From Alphaproteobacteria bacterium (lineage in GTDB: Bacteria > Pseudomonadota > Alphaproteobacteria > Rs-D84 > CACZYB01), in contig JAEDDP010000001.1 in NCBI GenBank assembly GCA_016297965.1, positions 75,347 through 139,346 of the forward strand: a DNA stretch of 64,000 nucleotides. Direction: 5' to 3'. The position numbers and the translations under genes were made by a program. This document shows, one piece after another, positions 1 to 10,684 of the stretch (its first letter is position 1; each line of letters starts with the position of its first letter). The notes below the pieces were generated by a model that had not been told where the DNA came from, did no database searches, and was given only the letters and a program-made list of their open reading frames with translations.

Positions 1-336
1 AATGGTTTTAAATGTGCTTGAAAAATCAAGTTGAAGCAAAGAGTTTACCGCATTCAATGGTTCCTGTAAATTTTTAAGGAAGTTTGAGAAGCCCTTATGT
101 ATCGGTGAAATTTTTTGTTCTTTATATTCATCAAGTGCAGGTTTAAGTGCATAAATAAGTCGCATATTAAGATCGTGCATATAACGGCTTGTTTGTGGGA
201 AAAGGTCCGGTGTAATTTCACTGTTTTCAGAAATGTCAATCTTGTCAGAATCGTTTGTATGCAAAATGGTTTGTGCATTTACCGAATATGACAATGTGGA
301 AAATATAACCGTAAATATGATAAATATCTTTTTCAT
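1..336 (-). CDS. mlaA: MlaA/VacJ-family lipoprotein, N-terminal part; gene runs off the window start
   Basis: Own translation of the reverse strand from ATG at 336: MKKIFIIFTVIFSTLSYSVNAQ signal peptide, then ...PIHKGFSNFLKNLQEPLNAVNSLLQLDFSS, which matches the MlaA NR/FNF..LD..P..N.LLQ region. Open to position 1. Confidence 0.5.
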   Translation of the reverse strand, partial: MKKIFIIFTVIFSTLSYSVNAQTILHTNDSDKIDISENSEITPDLFPQTSRYMHDLNMRLIYALKPALDEYKEQKISPIHKGFSNFLKNLQEPLNAVNSLLQLDFSSTFKTI

Positions 337-409
337 TATTTAATATCTTTTTTATTTTATTATTTTGTGTTATTATATTGTAATATGTGTTTTTTACAAG
401 AGGAAAATA

Positions 410-1144
410 ATGCAAGACTTTTTTCTTAAACCTGAGTATTTCAAATATATTAACCTTTTTTCTGGGGTTAGGGATTTTGATGATTTTGCATTGATAAAGC
501 TTTGTAAAACCGCTGTGGATAATCAATTGGGAAGTATTTCCGTTCCCGATAAATATGTGGAAAATGTTTGGAAGTGGTTGGAACTTTCGGATGTGTTGCT
601 TAATGCTGTTATAAATAATTTTAATGGCAAGATTTCAATAGATGACATTTTTAAAAGTATAAAGTCTTTGTTTAACAGAGGTGCCGATTTGGTTGAAGTT
701 ATTTTGCCTCCATTGTTTTTTGATGTTGATATTGAAAATATTCCACAACAGTTGGATGAATATTTGCTTGCGATAAGTGAGGCAAAGGGTGTTAAAAAGG
801 TAAAACTTTCTATTGAATCCTCATTCATTAAACATTCTTCGGCATTAAAGGGATTGGTGTATTTGTTTTCAGAGTATAAAATTGATTATTTGAAAACAGC
901 ATCCGGTTTGTATTCTCTTAATTCTGATATAAACCAACTTAATGCAATTTTAGAGGAAGCAAAAAGTTCGGATGTTGGTGTTGATTTTATGTTTGATAGA
1001 ACTTCACAAAATAAATTTATTATTGATGATGCATTCCGTTTGGCAAATTTTATTTTAGGTAGTGATTCCGTTGATGAAAAAAAATTTAGTGTTTCCTGTT
1101 CTTTGCAAGATTTTCAGGGGATTTTAGGAAAATCTACTTGTTGA
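410..1144 (+). CDS. DeoC-like aldolase-fold protein (deoxyribose-phosphate aldolase family, divergent)
   Basis: Start MQDFFLKPEY follows an AGGAAAA RBS. DFDDFALIKLCKTAV, KVKLSIESS and DYLKTASGLY resemble the DeoC motifs, including the KTSTGF Schiff-base lysine region. Confidence 0.4.
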   Translation: MQDFFLKPEYFKYINLFSGVRDFDDFALIKLCKTAVDNQLGSISVPDKYVENVWKWLELSDVLLNAVINNFNGKISIDDIFKSIKSLFNRGADLVEVILPPLFFDVDIENIPQQLDEYLLAISEAKGVKKVKLSIESSFIKHSSALKGLVYLFSEYKIDYLKTASGLYSLNSDINQLNAILEEAKSSDVGVDFMFDRTSQNKFIIDDAFRLANFILGSDSVDEKKFSVSCSLQDFQGILGKSTC

Positions 1145-1231
1145 TTTAATCCTCTTTTCTATTTATAGTTGAAATCAAGCAATTCCACAAGTGAGAGTTG
1201 TGAATTTTAATATAAAGAAAGGAAATCTACT

Positions 1232-2134
1232 ATGAAAAAAGTAAGTTTGTTGACTCTAGCTACTGCTACTCTTATTTCCTCAATGGCATCAGCTCAGATG
1301 GCTTCTGGAAATATGAATAGTAATATGATGGTGACTCCATCTTTGAATAATATGGAAAACCCAATGTTTAAACCAGAAGAAGGTAATTTCTATTCCAAAA
1401 CTAACTTTAACTATACTCCTGTTGATCATCATGATAATTCATATACCTTAACAGAAGAATTTGGTTATGGTATCAGTCAAGATTGGGCTATCTCTGCTTC
1501 TGTTGGTTATGGTTGGATGTCAAGAGAAGCTAATGCTTTTGATAAGAAAAGTCAGGTATCAAACCTTGCTATCGGTGGTTTGTATAGACCAGTTGCAACA
1601 CAAGATTTAATTTGGGATATCACCGCTGGTGTAAGTATTGATATTGCCGATGATATGGTTAACCAAACATCTTTGTCTTTGCCTATTGATGATTATGGTA
1701 AGAAAGATACAGGTGTCTTCATTGGTACAAAACTTGGTTTGAATCTATCTTCTGATATGATATTGGCATTTAATGCAGGTTATATGTATGATACATCAGA
1801 CAATAAAGATTATGAGAAAAAAGAACTTGGTGATACATCATATTGGAATGCAGGTGTAGAAGGTCAAATTGTATTTTCTGATGATTGGTCAATGAATGTT
1901 GGCTATAAGTATAAAAAATTCATAGATAAAGATGGATTTAATAAAGCCGATAGCTCAAATATTACAGTTGCAGGAAACTGGCAAGCAACAGATATGTCAT
2001 TGATTTCATTGTATGTAAATTATGATGCAACCGGTAAGTCAAACAGATTAGATGCTAACTCAGCTGCTCTTGTTGGCGACGATGGTGATGACAACAGATG
2101 GTCATACGGAGCAAGACTTGGAGTTCAATTCTAA
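1232..2134 (+). CDS. outer-membrane beta-barrel protein (porin-like)
   Basis: Signal peptide MKKVSLLTLATATLISSMASAQ, alternating aromatic/hydrophilic strands, C-terminal ...RLGVQF with a terminal Phe. Confidence 0.5.
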   Translation: MKKVSLLTLATATLISSMASAQMASGNMNSNMMVTPSLNNMENPMFKPEEGNFYSKTNFNYTPVDHHDNSYTLTEEFGYGISQDWAISASVGYGWMSREANAFDKKSQVSNLAIGGLYRPVATQDLIWDITAGVSIDIADDMVNQTSLSLPIDDYGKKDTGVFIGTKLGLNLSSDMILAFNAGYMYDTSDNKDYEKKELGDTSYWNAGVEGQIVFSDDWSMNVGYKYKKFIDKDGFNKADSSNITVAGNWQATDMSLISLYVNYDATGKSNRLDANSAALVGDDGDDNRWSYGARLGVQF

Positions 2135-2237
2135 GATCTGTTAGCTTTTTAAAATACATATATAAAACTACAAAGGTGAGTGTGAAAGAAAAGGAGAGCT
2201 TTAAAAACTCTCCTTTCGTTTTGTTATATAAGGATTT

Positions 2238-3605
2238 TTATAAATTTGAACATATACGTTCAGCTTCATTTATCAATGTTTCAATTTGTGGATTGGTCAA
2301 CATTAATTCACGAACTTTTTTAACTGCATAAATAACAGTTGCATGATCACGACCACCAAAACTTTTTCCAATTTCAGGAAGTGATTTTGATGTCAAATTT
2401 TTTGAAATATACATTGCAATTTGACGTGGAATGACAATGTCTTTTTGTTTCTTTTCGCTGTCAATATCTGAAACACTTACATTCCATTTTTCAGCAACAA
2501 CCCGTTTAATATCTTGGATATTTAATGGTTTCGTGTTTACAGCAAGAATATCAGAAAGAATCTTTCGGATATTGGAAAGTGTAGGTGCTTCGTTCATCAA
2601 AATTGTGTGTGCAGAAATCCTGTTTAGGGCGCCTTCAAGTTCACGAATGGATGTTGTGATTTTTGATGCAATAAATTCACCAACACCAGCCTGTAATTCA
2701 AGATTTAGAACCTTACACTTTGATTGTAAAATTTTAAGGCGTAAATCATAGTTTGCAGGAAGTATATCAACAACAAGTCCAGATGCAATTCTTGATTTTA
2801 TGTTATCGTTTAGACCGTCAATCAAAAACGGAGAACCATTTGCGGTGATGATAACTTGCTTTCCATTTGTAATGTAATCATCAATTATGTGGAATAACTC
2901 CTTTGCGGTGGATTCCTTACCGGCGATGAATTGAATATCGTCAATCATTAAAATATCCGCAGACTTAAAGCTTTGTTTGAAACGATATGTATCCTTTTCA
3001 TTTAATGCCTTTAAAAATGAATACATAAATTTGTTTGCGGAAATGTAAATAACACGCTTGTTTGAATGGGTTGCCTCCAATTCGTTGGCAAGAGCGTTTA
3101 ATAAATGTGTTTTACCGAATCCAGAAAGAGAATGAATAACAATAGGATTGAAAGTTGTTGTTTCTTGGATTGCAACACGTTTTATACTTTCAAATGCAAG
3201 GGCGTTTGAGTTATCTTTAACAAAAGAATCAAATGTAAATTTTGATAATGTTTTTGTTCCGATATTTGCAATTGTTTCAACTGGATGTGATTGTGTTTGA
3301 GATTCAAAACTTAATAAATCATTTTGTGATTGTTGAATTTCTTCGGCAATAACCTTTGGTGTTAATTTTTTTGTTCCTACATTTATTTTAATATCCTTTA
3401 CATCAGGACAAAATGTATTAACAGCAGAGATAAGGTGAGAGAAGAAATTTCTTTTTGCCCAATCGGCGATAAAACGGGTTGGTGCATTTAGATATAATGT
3501 ATCAAGATCAATCTTGTCAAAACTAAGCGGGGCAATCCAACTGAGATATTCAGATGTTTTAATGCTTTTTTGAACAGTCTCCTGTATCTGTTTCCAACAC
3601 TCCAT
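2238..3605 (-). CDS. dnaA: chromosomal replication initiator DnaA
   Basis: AAA+ Walker A GFGKTHLLNALANE, and a C-terminal DnaA-box-binding region (FGGRDHATVIYAVKKV). Start trimmed to MECWKQIQ, which matches the DnaA N-terminus. Confidence 0.9.
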   Translation of the reverse strand: MECWKQIQETVQKSIKTSEYLSWIAPLSFDKIDLDTLYLNAPTRFIADWAKRNFFSHLISAVNTFCPDVKDIKINVGTKKLTPKVIAEEIQQSQNDLLSFESQTQSHPVETIANIGTKTLSKFTFDSFVKDNSNALAFESIKRVAIQETTTFNPIVIHSLSGFGKTHLLNALANELEATHSNKRVIYISANKFMYSFLKALNEKDTYRFKQSFKSADILMIDDIQFIAGKESTAKELFHIIDDYITNGKQVIITANGSPFLIDGLNDNIKSRIASGLVVDILPANYDLRLKILQSKCKVLNLELQAGVGEFIASKITTSIRELEGALNRISAHTILMNEAPTLSNIRKILSDILAVNTKPLNIQDIKRVVAEKWNVSVSDIDSEKKQKDIVIPRQIAMYISKNLTSKSLPEIGKSFGGRDHATVIYAVKKVRELMLTNPQIETLINEAERICSNL

Positions 3606-3946
3606 TTTTAGAAATCCTTCTCTCTTCTTTTTTCCTTTTCTCAATGTGTGTATCATTTTTGATACAGGGTCATATTAGGAAATCAAAAATAAAAAATCTA
3701 GTCGGAAATTATTTTTTTATCCTTGACAAGATTCAATGTTGACACCCCATAAATTTTTTTTATAAAAGTTGTTTTGTGTGGAAGTTTTTTTCATAAAATC
3801 AAATGGATAAATTTATTCAAAATTTTTTTAAAGATTTGAAAATAAAAAGAATCCTTAATTATTGGGGAAGAATCGGCGAAATGCTTCTTGCTTTGATATG
3901 AGAATCATTTTATAATATTTTTACTTTTAATTTAGTGAGGTAAAAA

Positions 3947-4561
3947 ATGGAAAATAAAATCATATATTTAGAAGGAGATCTTCCTAATGATGTTAAGTTT
4001 GGTGATACAATAGCAGTTGATACAGAAGCAACTGGACTTTCAATGCTTCGTGACAGATTGTGTGTTGTGCAACTTACGGATGGAAACGGAAATATTTATG
4101 TTGTGAAGGTAGAATCTCCATATAATTGTCCGAATTTAAAGTCGGTTCTTGCGAATCAGAATATTTTGAAAATATTTCATTTTGCAAGGTTTGATGTGGC
4201 AATGATAAAGAAGTGTTTGAATGTGGATGTGTATCCAATATTTTGTACGAAGATTGCATCAAAGCTTTGTCGTACATCAACAGAAAAGCATGGGTTAAAA
4301 GATTTGGTTCGTGAGTTTTTTGATATTGAACTTAATAAGAATGAACAGACCAGTGATTGGGCGGTTTCTCATTTATCGGAAAAACAAATTCAATATGCCG
4401 GTGGGGATGTTATGTACCTTCACCGAATCAAAGATATTTTGGTTCAAAAGCTTGAACGTGAAGGAAGACTTGGGTTTGCAATGGAATGTTTTAAGTTTTT
4501 GCCAACAAGGTGTGCTCTTGATTTGCAAGGTTTTGGTGATGAAGATATTTTCCAACACTAA
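3947..4561 (+). CDS. RNase D-like 3'-5' exonuclease domain protein (DEDDy)
   Basis: IAVDTEATGL and VVQL/FH..FD motifs typical of short alphaproteobacterial RNase D-like exonucleases. Confidence 0.7.
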   Translation: MENKIIYLEGDLPNDVKFGDTIAVDTEATGLSMLRDRLCVVQLTDGNGNIYVVKVESPYNCPNLKSVLANQNILKIFHFARFDVAMIKKCLNVDVYPIFCTKIASKLCRTSTEKHGLKDLVREFFDIELNKNEQTSDWAVSHLSEKQIQYAGGDVMYLHRIKDILVQKLEREGRLGFAMECFKFLPTRCALDLQGFGDEDIFQH

Positions 4562-4583
4562 AACTTTTTAAGTGTTAAAAAAA

Positions 4584-4612
4584 GCCCCCTTTTATAAGGG
4601 GGTAATTTTTTT
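4584..4612. terminator. bidirectional rho-independent terminator
   Basis: GCCCCCTT-ttat-AAGGGGGT hairpin followed by a T-run, between convergent genes. Confidence 0.6.
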
Positions 4613-4623
4613 GTTTGATTTTT

Positions 4624-4980
4624 TTAATTATAAAGTTTTGAAATCATACATTGAACCTGTGCCGCCATAATTTTTGAACCGATTGTATTATCGCGAGCGA
4701 GTTCGTCGGCGGTTAATTTCTTTGTTGCCTTTTTATAAAGATATTTTACATCATCGGCATCAAGTGAGTTCATAACACTTGAAGTCATACATTCACAATT
4801 TGAAGAATTGTTAAATTTTGCCATACAAGCATTTTTCACGGTTGTTTTTGCCGAATTGATATAGATTTTTGAAACCTGAGTTGCAGTATTTTTTAATACA
4901 GATGTTGTTTCATTTGTTTGTGATGGAACACATCCGGCAAGTGATGAAACTACAACTAAACCACATAAAAATTTTTTCAT
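4624..4980 (-). CDS. small Cys-rich lipoprotein, unknown function
   Basis: Lipobox MKKFLCGLVVVSSLAGC; 7 Cys in the mature part. Confidence 0.4.
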   Translation of the reverse strand: MKKFLCGLVVVSSLAGCVPSQTNETTSVLKNTATQVSKIYINSAKTTVKNACMAKFNNSSNCECMTSSVMNSLDADDVKYLYKKATKKLTADELARDNTIGSKIMAAQVQCMISKLYN

Positions 4981-5066
4981 TTTTAATCCTTTCTTTATTA
5001 GGCCTTTTTACCTATAAATAAATTATTATTTCGTTTTTATGAAATCAAGATATTTTTTTTGAAAGT

Positions 5067-6863
5067 TTAACGGTCAAAAAGTTTTGCCAAATCGGTTAAA
5101 TTCATTTTTACGTATGCACGACGGCCGTGATTGCATTCACCGGCGTTTTCGCTTGCTTCTACCTGACGTAAAAGTTCGTTCATTTCATCAATGGTAAGTG
5201 TTTTTCCCGCACGGATTGATGTATGGCAGGCATAAGTTTTTGCAATCATTGCGATTTTATTTTCAAGGATTTTTGCCTTTTCAAAATCGTCAATGTCTTC
5301 GGAAATGTGTCTGATAAGCCCCTGTAAATCAGCATTACCAAGAAGGGCGGGCATTTCGCGAATCACTATTGCTCCGGGACCAAATTCTTCAATAACCAAG
5401 CCGAATTTTTCAAGTTCGTTTTTTACATCCAATATTGCACCGGCCTTTTTTTCGCCAAGTTCAATTATTTCGGGGATAAGCATAATTTGTCGTTTTATTC
5501 CACCGGTGGCAAGTTGTGCCTTTATTTTTTCATAAACCAACCTTTCGTGGCAGGCGTGTTGGTCAACAATGACAATACCGTCTGTCGTTTGTGAAATAAT
5601 ATAGGTATTATGCAATTGTCCGCGGGCTGTGCCAAGTGGGTAAGTTATGAAATCGGCATTGGTGATTTCGTTTGTTGCGATGGTGCGACTGTTGACACTT
5701 AAAGGAAGTATTTTATTGTCAAATGTGGTTTGGATAACTTCCTGTACGCTGTTTGATTGTTCCGAATCATTGAATGAATTTTCGGTTGAAAGAGGTATAG
5801 GAGCCTGTGTTTGAAGGTTTAAAATATTTGTGTTTTGAGACGTTGAAAACGGTTGGTTGTTCCTTACAATTCCCTTTAAATCAATAACATTTGGATTTAC
5901 CGGTGCCGATGCAATATATTTGCGAATCACATTTATCAATGTGCCACGGATGAGCCCTTGTTCCTTAAATCGGATTTCCGCCTTTTGTGGGTGAACATTT
6001 ACATCAATTTCGGAATTTGGAAGGGATAGCCAAAGGCAAACGGTTGGAAATTTTCCCTTTTCCATTGTATCCATATATGCTGCCTTTAATGTACCGAATA
6101 AAAGCTTGTCTTTAAGGCTTCGTCCATTAACATAAAAGTATTGGTTTGCGGATGTTCCACGGGTATATGTTGGGCGACAGATAAAACCTTCTATTTTCAA
6201 ATTATGTGCGGTGGCGTTTACCTCAATTGCATTTTGTTTAAAATCCTTTCCAAGGACAGAGCAAACACGGCTTAACTTATCCGTTGGGCGTAGGACCAAA
6301 GTGTCGTTAAGGGTGAATGTTTTTTCCGGGTGGCAAAGTGCAATCCGTTCAACGGTATCAATGATTGTTGACATTTCACCACGGTCAGTTTTTAAAAAAT
6401 TAAGTCGTGCTGGTACATTATAAAAAAGGTCAAAAACTTCAATCTTTGTTCCCTTTGTATGGCTTGCCGGAGAAAGTTTTTTAACTTCGCCATTTTCAAG
6501 TTCAAGACACCAACATTCGTTTCCATCATTCGTTGTGATTGTCATTTTGGAAACAGAGGCGATTGAAGGTATAGCCTCACCACGGAAACCAAGGAAGTTT
6601 ATATTCATTAAATCATCGGTTGGAAGTTTTGATGTTGCATGACGAAGGATGCAATTTTGCAAATCGGTTTTATTCATACCGCATCCGTTGTCGGAAACAC
6701 ACATATATGTTTTGCCGGAATTTCGGACGGTTATTTCAATTTTTGTACTTCCCGCATCAATGGCGTTTTCCACAAGCTCCTTTATAACGCTGGCCGGACG
6801 TTCAATAACTTCGCCGGCCGCAATTTGATTTATAAGATTTTGTGATAAAACTCGTATACTCAT
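5067..6863 (-). CDS. mutL: DNA mismatch repair protein MutL
   Basis: N-terminal IRVLSQNLINQIAAGEVIERPASVIKELVENAIDAG GHKL ATPase motifs; length about 600 aa. Confidence 0.9.
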   Translation of the reverse strand: MSIRVLSQNLINQIAAGEVIERPASVIKELVENAIDAGSTKIEITVRNSGKTYMCVSDNGCGMNKTDLQNCILRHATSKLPTDDLMNINFLGFRGEAIPSIASVSKMTITTNDGNECWCLELENGEVKKLSPASHTKGTKIEVFDLFYNVPARLNFLKTDRGEMSTIIDTVERIALCHPEKTFTLNDTLVLRPTDKLSRVCSVLGKDFKQNAIEVNATAHNLKIEGFICRPTYTRGTSANQYFYVNGRSLKDKLLFGTLKAAYMDTMEKGKFPTVCLWLSLPNSEIDVNVHPQKAEIRFKEQGLIRGTLINVIRKYIASAPVNPNVIDLKGIVRNNQPFSTSQNTNILNLQTQAPIPLSTENSFNDSEQSNSVQEVIQTTFDNKILPLSVNSRTIATNEITNADFITYPLGTARGQLHNTYIISQTTDGIVIVDQHACHERLVYEKIKAQLATGGIKRQIMLIPEIIELGEKKAGAILDVKNELEKFGLVIEEFGPGAIVIREMPALLGNADLQGLIRHISEDIDDFEKAKILENKIAMIAKTYACHTSIRAGKTLTIDEMNELLRQVEASENAGECNHGRRAYVKMNLTDLAKLFDR

Positions 6864-6915
6864 AATTATTTCCTTACTTATCAATGTTATAAGAAATAAT
6901 TTCCATCTTCAAGTT

Positions 6916-8556
6916 TTATTTCCTTATATTTTTCACAATTTCAATTAGGCTTGCCGTTGACGAATCGTAATTGTTTAAAAGGGTATCATCTGTGTTTTTT
7001 AAATCCTTTAAAACCCTTTTCGCAAGTTGTTTGCCAAGTTCAACGCCGAATTGGTCAAATGAATTTATGTTCCAAAATACACCTTCGGTAAATGTCTTGT
7101 GTTCGTAAAATGCAATTAACATACCGAATGTTTCAGGTGTGATTTCCCTTATAAGGAAGGTATTGGATGGGCGGTTTCCATCAAAAACTTTGTATGGTAA
7201 AAGTTTTATTATTTCGGAATTGGAAAGACCCTTTTCCTTTAATTCCCTTATAACGTCTTCGTCTGATTTACCCTTCATCAATGCCTCTGTTTGGGCGATA
7301 CCATTTGCAAGAAGTTTTAATTGATGTTCGCCGGTTTCGTTATGGGAAAGCACAGGAAGGATGAAATCGCAAAGGATTTTTTCGGTTCCTTGGTGTAAAA
7401 GTTGATAGAATGAATGTTGACCGTTTGTACCAACTTCACCAAAAACAACAGGGCAAGTTTTGTATTTTGTATGGTTACCCAACCTGTCAACGGATTTTCC
7501 GTTGCTTTCCATTACAAGTTGTTGAAGGTATAATGGAACATACCTTAAATAATTGTCGTATGGAAGTATTGCCGACGATGTCGTATTAAGGAAGTTTACG
7601 TTCCAAATAGAAATCAATGCCATCAATACAGGAATATTGTTTTCAAATGGGGTGTTTTTGAAATGTTCGTCGGCTTTTCTTGCTCCGTCAAGGAATTCCT
7701 TAAATCTTTCGGTTCCAATGGATATAAGAAGTGGAAGTCCGATTGGTCCCCACATTGAATAACGTCCGCCAACATAATCACCGAATCCGAAAATGTTTTC
7801 CTTTTTAATGCCGAATTTATTTGCAAGTTCAATATTTGAGCTTACGGCGCAGAAATGATTGCCGATTGCACGTTCGCCAAGTTTTTCAACAATCCATTTT
7901 TTTGCGGTTTCGGCATTTGTCATTGTTTCGTCGGTTGTAAAGGTTTTACTTGCAATAATAAATAATGTTGTTTCAGGGGAAAGCTTTTTTATTGTTTCGG
8001 TTATATCTGTACCATCAACATTTGATACGAAATGAAAGTTTATAAGTGGTGTTTTGTATGGTTTTAATGCCTCCACCGCCATAAGTGGACCAAGGTATGA
8101 ACCACCAATACCAATATTTACGACATCAAGAATACGGTCTCCATTTACACCCTTAAATTCGCCAGAACGAACAGATTCAGCAAATTTAAATAAAGCTTCG
8201 TTTGTATTCTGTATATCATTCATTATATTTTTGCCATCAACCTTTATTGATTCCTCATTCGAACGAAGGGCAGTGTGAAGGACACTTCGGTTTTCGGTCA
8301 TATTGATTTTTACACCGTCAAACATATCACTTATTTTATCCCTTAAATTAAGTTGTTCGGCAGTTTTTATTAAAAGTTCAATAGTCTTTTCATCAATAAG
8401 GTTTTTTGAAAAATCAAAAATAATGTCGCCAAATGAACGGGAAAATTTTGAAAATCTTTCCTTGTCCTGTGCGAATAAATCGGCGATTTTTGTATCACTT
8501 AAAAACACACAATGTTTTTTTAATTGGTTAAAGCTTTGTGTTTCTTCAAAATTCAT
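6916..8556 (-). CDS. pgi: glucose-6-phosphate isomerase
   Basis: NIGIGGSYLGP and further PGI signature regions. Confidence 0.9.
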   Translation of the reverse strand: MNFEETQSFNQLKKHCVFLSDTKIADLFAQDKERFSKFSRSFGDIIFDFSKNLIDEKTIELLIKTAEQLNLRDKISDMFDGVKINMTENRSVLHTALRSNEESIKVDGKNIMNDIQNTNEALFKFAESVRSGEFKGVNGDRILDVVNIGIGGSYLGPLMAVEALKPYKTPLINFHFVSNVDGTDITETIKKLSPETTLFIIASKTFTTDETMTNAETAKKWIVEKLGERAIGNHFCAVSSNIELANKFGIKKENIFGFGDYVGGRYSMWGPIGLPLLISIGTERFKEFLDGARKADEHFKNTPFENNIPVLMALISIWNVNFLNTTSSAILPYDNYLRYVPLYLQQLVMESNGKSVDRLGNHTKYKTCPVVFGEVGTNGQHSFYQLLHQGTEKILCDFILPVLSHNETGEHQLKLLANGIAQTEALMKGKSDEDVIRELKEKGLSNSEIIKLLPYKVFDGNRPSNTFLIREITPETFGMLIAFYEHKTFTEGVFWNINSFDQFGVELGKQLAKRVLKDLKNTDDTLLNNYDSSTASLIEIVKNIRK

Positions 8557-8663
8557 TTTTATCTCCTTTGCTTCTTTTTCTTATCTTTTAAGTGTATTAA
8601 AAAAACTTGCCTTTTTCAAATAAAAAAAGTATAGTGGCAAAGAGTTTAAAGAGGAAGGTTATT

Positions 8664-10634
8664 ATGGTAGAAAGTTCATATTCAGCAAAGGATATTCAAA
8701 TTTTGGAAGGATTGGAACCTGTTCGTCTTCGTCCAGGTATGTATATTGGCGGTATTGATGCGACGGCACTTCATCATCTTGTTTCTGAAATTGTGGATAA
8801 CTCTATGGATGAAGTTGGTGCCGGATATGCAAATGAAATTTGGGTGGAACTTAAACCCGATAATACCATTACTATCACTGATAATGGACGTGGTATTCCA
8901 GTTGATAATCATCCGAAATATCCCGATAAATCCGCGTTGGAAGTTATTTTGACAACCCTTCACAGTGGTGGAAAGTTTTCAAATAAGGTTTATCAAACTT
9001 CCGGTGGTTTGCATGGTGTGGGTTCTTCGGTTGTGAATGCACTTTCCGAATTTATGGAGGTGGAGGTTTTCCGTGATGGAAATATATATAAGCAAACCTA
9101 TGCCCGTGGAATACCAACATCAAAGTTGGAAGTTGTTGGAAAAATAAAGGCAAGGGGAACAAAGATAACCTTTAAACCAGATGCAACAATTTTTGGGGAA
9201 AATAATATTTTTAAACCTTTACGACTTTACAGGATGATAAGGTCAAAGGCATTCTTGTTTAAAGGGGTAAAAATAAATTGGAAATGTGATGAAAGCCTTA
9301 TATCACAAGATGTAAATGTTCCATCAGAATCGGTTCTTTGTTTTCCGAATGGAATAAAGGATTATTTAGCTGAAACAATTAAAAATCGTCCACAGGTTGT
9401 TTCAAATATTTTCTATACCGAGGCAAACCTTGCAAATGAAATGGGCAAGGTTGAAGTTGCGATGTCGTGGATTGATACTCCGCATGAGGAAGGAAATGAA
9501 AGTGGATTTTTTAATTCGTACTGTAATACCATTCCGACACCAGAAGGTGGAACACACGAATCCGGTTTGAAATCGGCGATACTTCGTAGCTTGAAATCAT
9601 TTGCGGATATGGTTGGGAATAAAAAGTTTGCATCCGTTATTACAGATGATGTTTTTGATGATGCGGTTGTTATACTTTCGCTGTTTTTCAAAAATCCACA
9701 ATTTCAGGGACAAACAAAGGAAAAGTTTTCATCGGCAGAGGCAACAAGGCTTGTTGATAATGCGGTGAAGGATTATTTTGATTATTACCTTACATCCAAT
9801 CCAAAGGAAGCAAATGTCCTTCTTGACTATCTTGTTGAAAAAAGTGAGGCAAGATTAAAGCTTAAAAAATTAAAGGAGACAATAAGAAAGTCCCCAACAA
9901 AAAAGCTTCGTTTACCGGGAAAGCTTGCCGATTGTTCAAGCAAGGATAGAAGTGATACGGAAATATTTATTGTTGAGGGAGATTCTGCGGGTGGTTCGGC
10001 AAAGCAGGCAAGAAACAGGCTTACCCAAGCGATACTTCCACTTCGTGGTAAAATTTTGAATGTAGCGAGTTCAAGTAATGAAAAGCTTCAAGCCAATAAG
10101 GAAATTCAGGATATAACTGAGGCTATTGGTTGTGGTGTTGGTCGTGATTATAATGAAGACAAGCTTCGTTATGACCGAATCATTATTATGACCGATGCCG
10201 ATGTTGATGGTGCACATATTGCGTCCCTTCTTATGACATTTTTCTTGGAACAGATGCCGGATTTGATTCAAAATGGTCATTTGTTTATTGCTCTTCCTCC
10301 TCTTTTTAAGGTGACCGATGGAAAGACATCTTTTTATGCGATGGATGATGAAGAAAAGGATAGAATTATTGCAAAGAATTTTAAGGGTAAAAAGGTTGAA
10401 ATAAACCGATTTAAAGGTCTTGGTGAAATGATGCCAGCACAACTTAAAGAAACAACAATGGATCCAAAGACAAGGCAACTTTTACAAATTGAAATTCCAC
10501 CAAAGACAGAGGAAGGTATTGAAGATTTGCAAAATACAAAGAATTTGGTGGCAAACCTTATGGGAAAAAATCCGGATTTCCGTTTCCGATTTATTCAGGA
10601 AGGTGCGAAGTTTACAAAGGATTTGGATTTTTAA
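8664..10634 (+). CDS. parE: type IIA topoisomerase B subunit, most likely topoisomerase IV ParE (short form)
   Basis: LEGLEPVRLRPGMYIG, EIVDNSMDE, Toprim EGDSAGG, PLRGKILN. At about 656 aa it lacks the GyrB insertion. Start at MVESSYS follows a GAGGAAGG RBS. Confidence 0.7.
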   Translation: MVESSYSAKDIQILEGLEPVRLRPGMYIGGIDATALHHLVSEIVDNSMDEVGAGYANEIWVELKPDNTITITDNGRGIPVDNHPKYPDKSALEVILTTLHSGGKFSNKVYQTSGGLHGVGSSVVNALSEFMEVEVFRDGNIYKQTYARGIPTSKLEVVGKIKARGTKITFKPDATIFGENNIFKPLRLYRMIRSKAFLFKGVKINWKCDESLISQDVNVPSESVLCFPNGIKDYLAETIKNRPQVVSNIFYTEANLANEMGKVEVAMSWIDTPHEEGNESGFFNSYCNTIPTPEGGTHESGLKSAILRSLKSFADMVGNKKFASVITDDVFDDAVVILSLFFKNPQFQGQTKEKFSSAEATRLVDNAVKDYFDYYLTSNPKEANVLLDYLVEKSEARLKLKKLKETIRKSPTKKLRLPGKLADCSSKDRSDTEIFIVEGDSAGGSAKQARNRLTQAILPLRGKILNVASSSNEKLQANKEIQDITEAIGCGVGRDYNEDKLRYDRIIIMTDADVDGAHIASLLMTFFLEQMPDLIQNGHLFIALPPLFKVTDGKTSFYAMDDEEKDRIIAKNFKGKKVEINRFKGLGEMMPAQLKETTMDPKTRQLLQIEIPPKTEEGIEDLQNTKNLVANLMGKNPDFRFRFIQEGAKFTKDLDF

Positions 10635-10661
10635 TTTGATAAATTATTGGTAAAAAAAGAA

Positions 10662-10684
10662 CCTCCCGCTGGGGAGGACTTTTT
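10662..10684. terminator. bidirectional terminator hairpin (CCTCCC/GGGAGG family)
   Basis: CCTCCC-gctg-GGGAGG followed by TTTT, between convergent genes. Confidence 0.55.

Noticed and set aside
3606-3656. N-terminal 17-aa extension of dnaA (start at 3656).
   Set aside because: The DnaA N-terminus aligns from MECWKQIQ; the upstream Lys-rich peptide is not conserved. 3605 is the preferred start.
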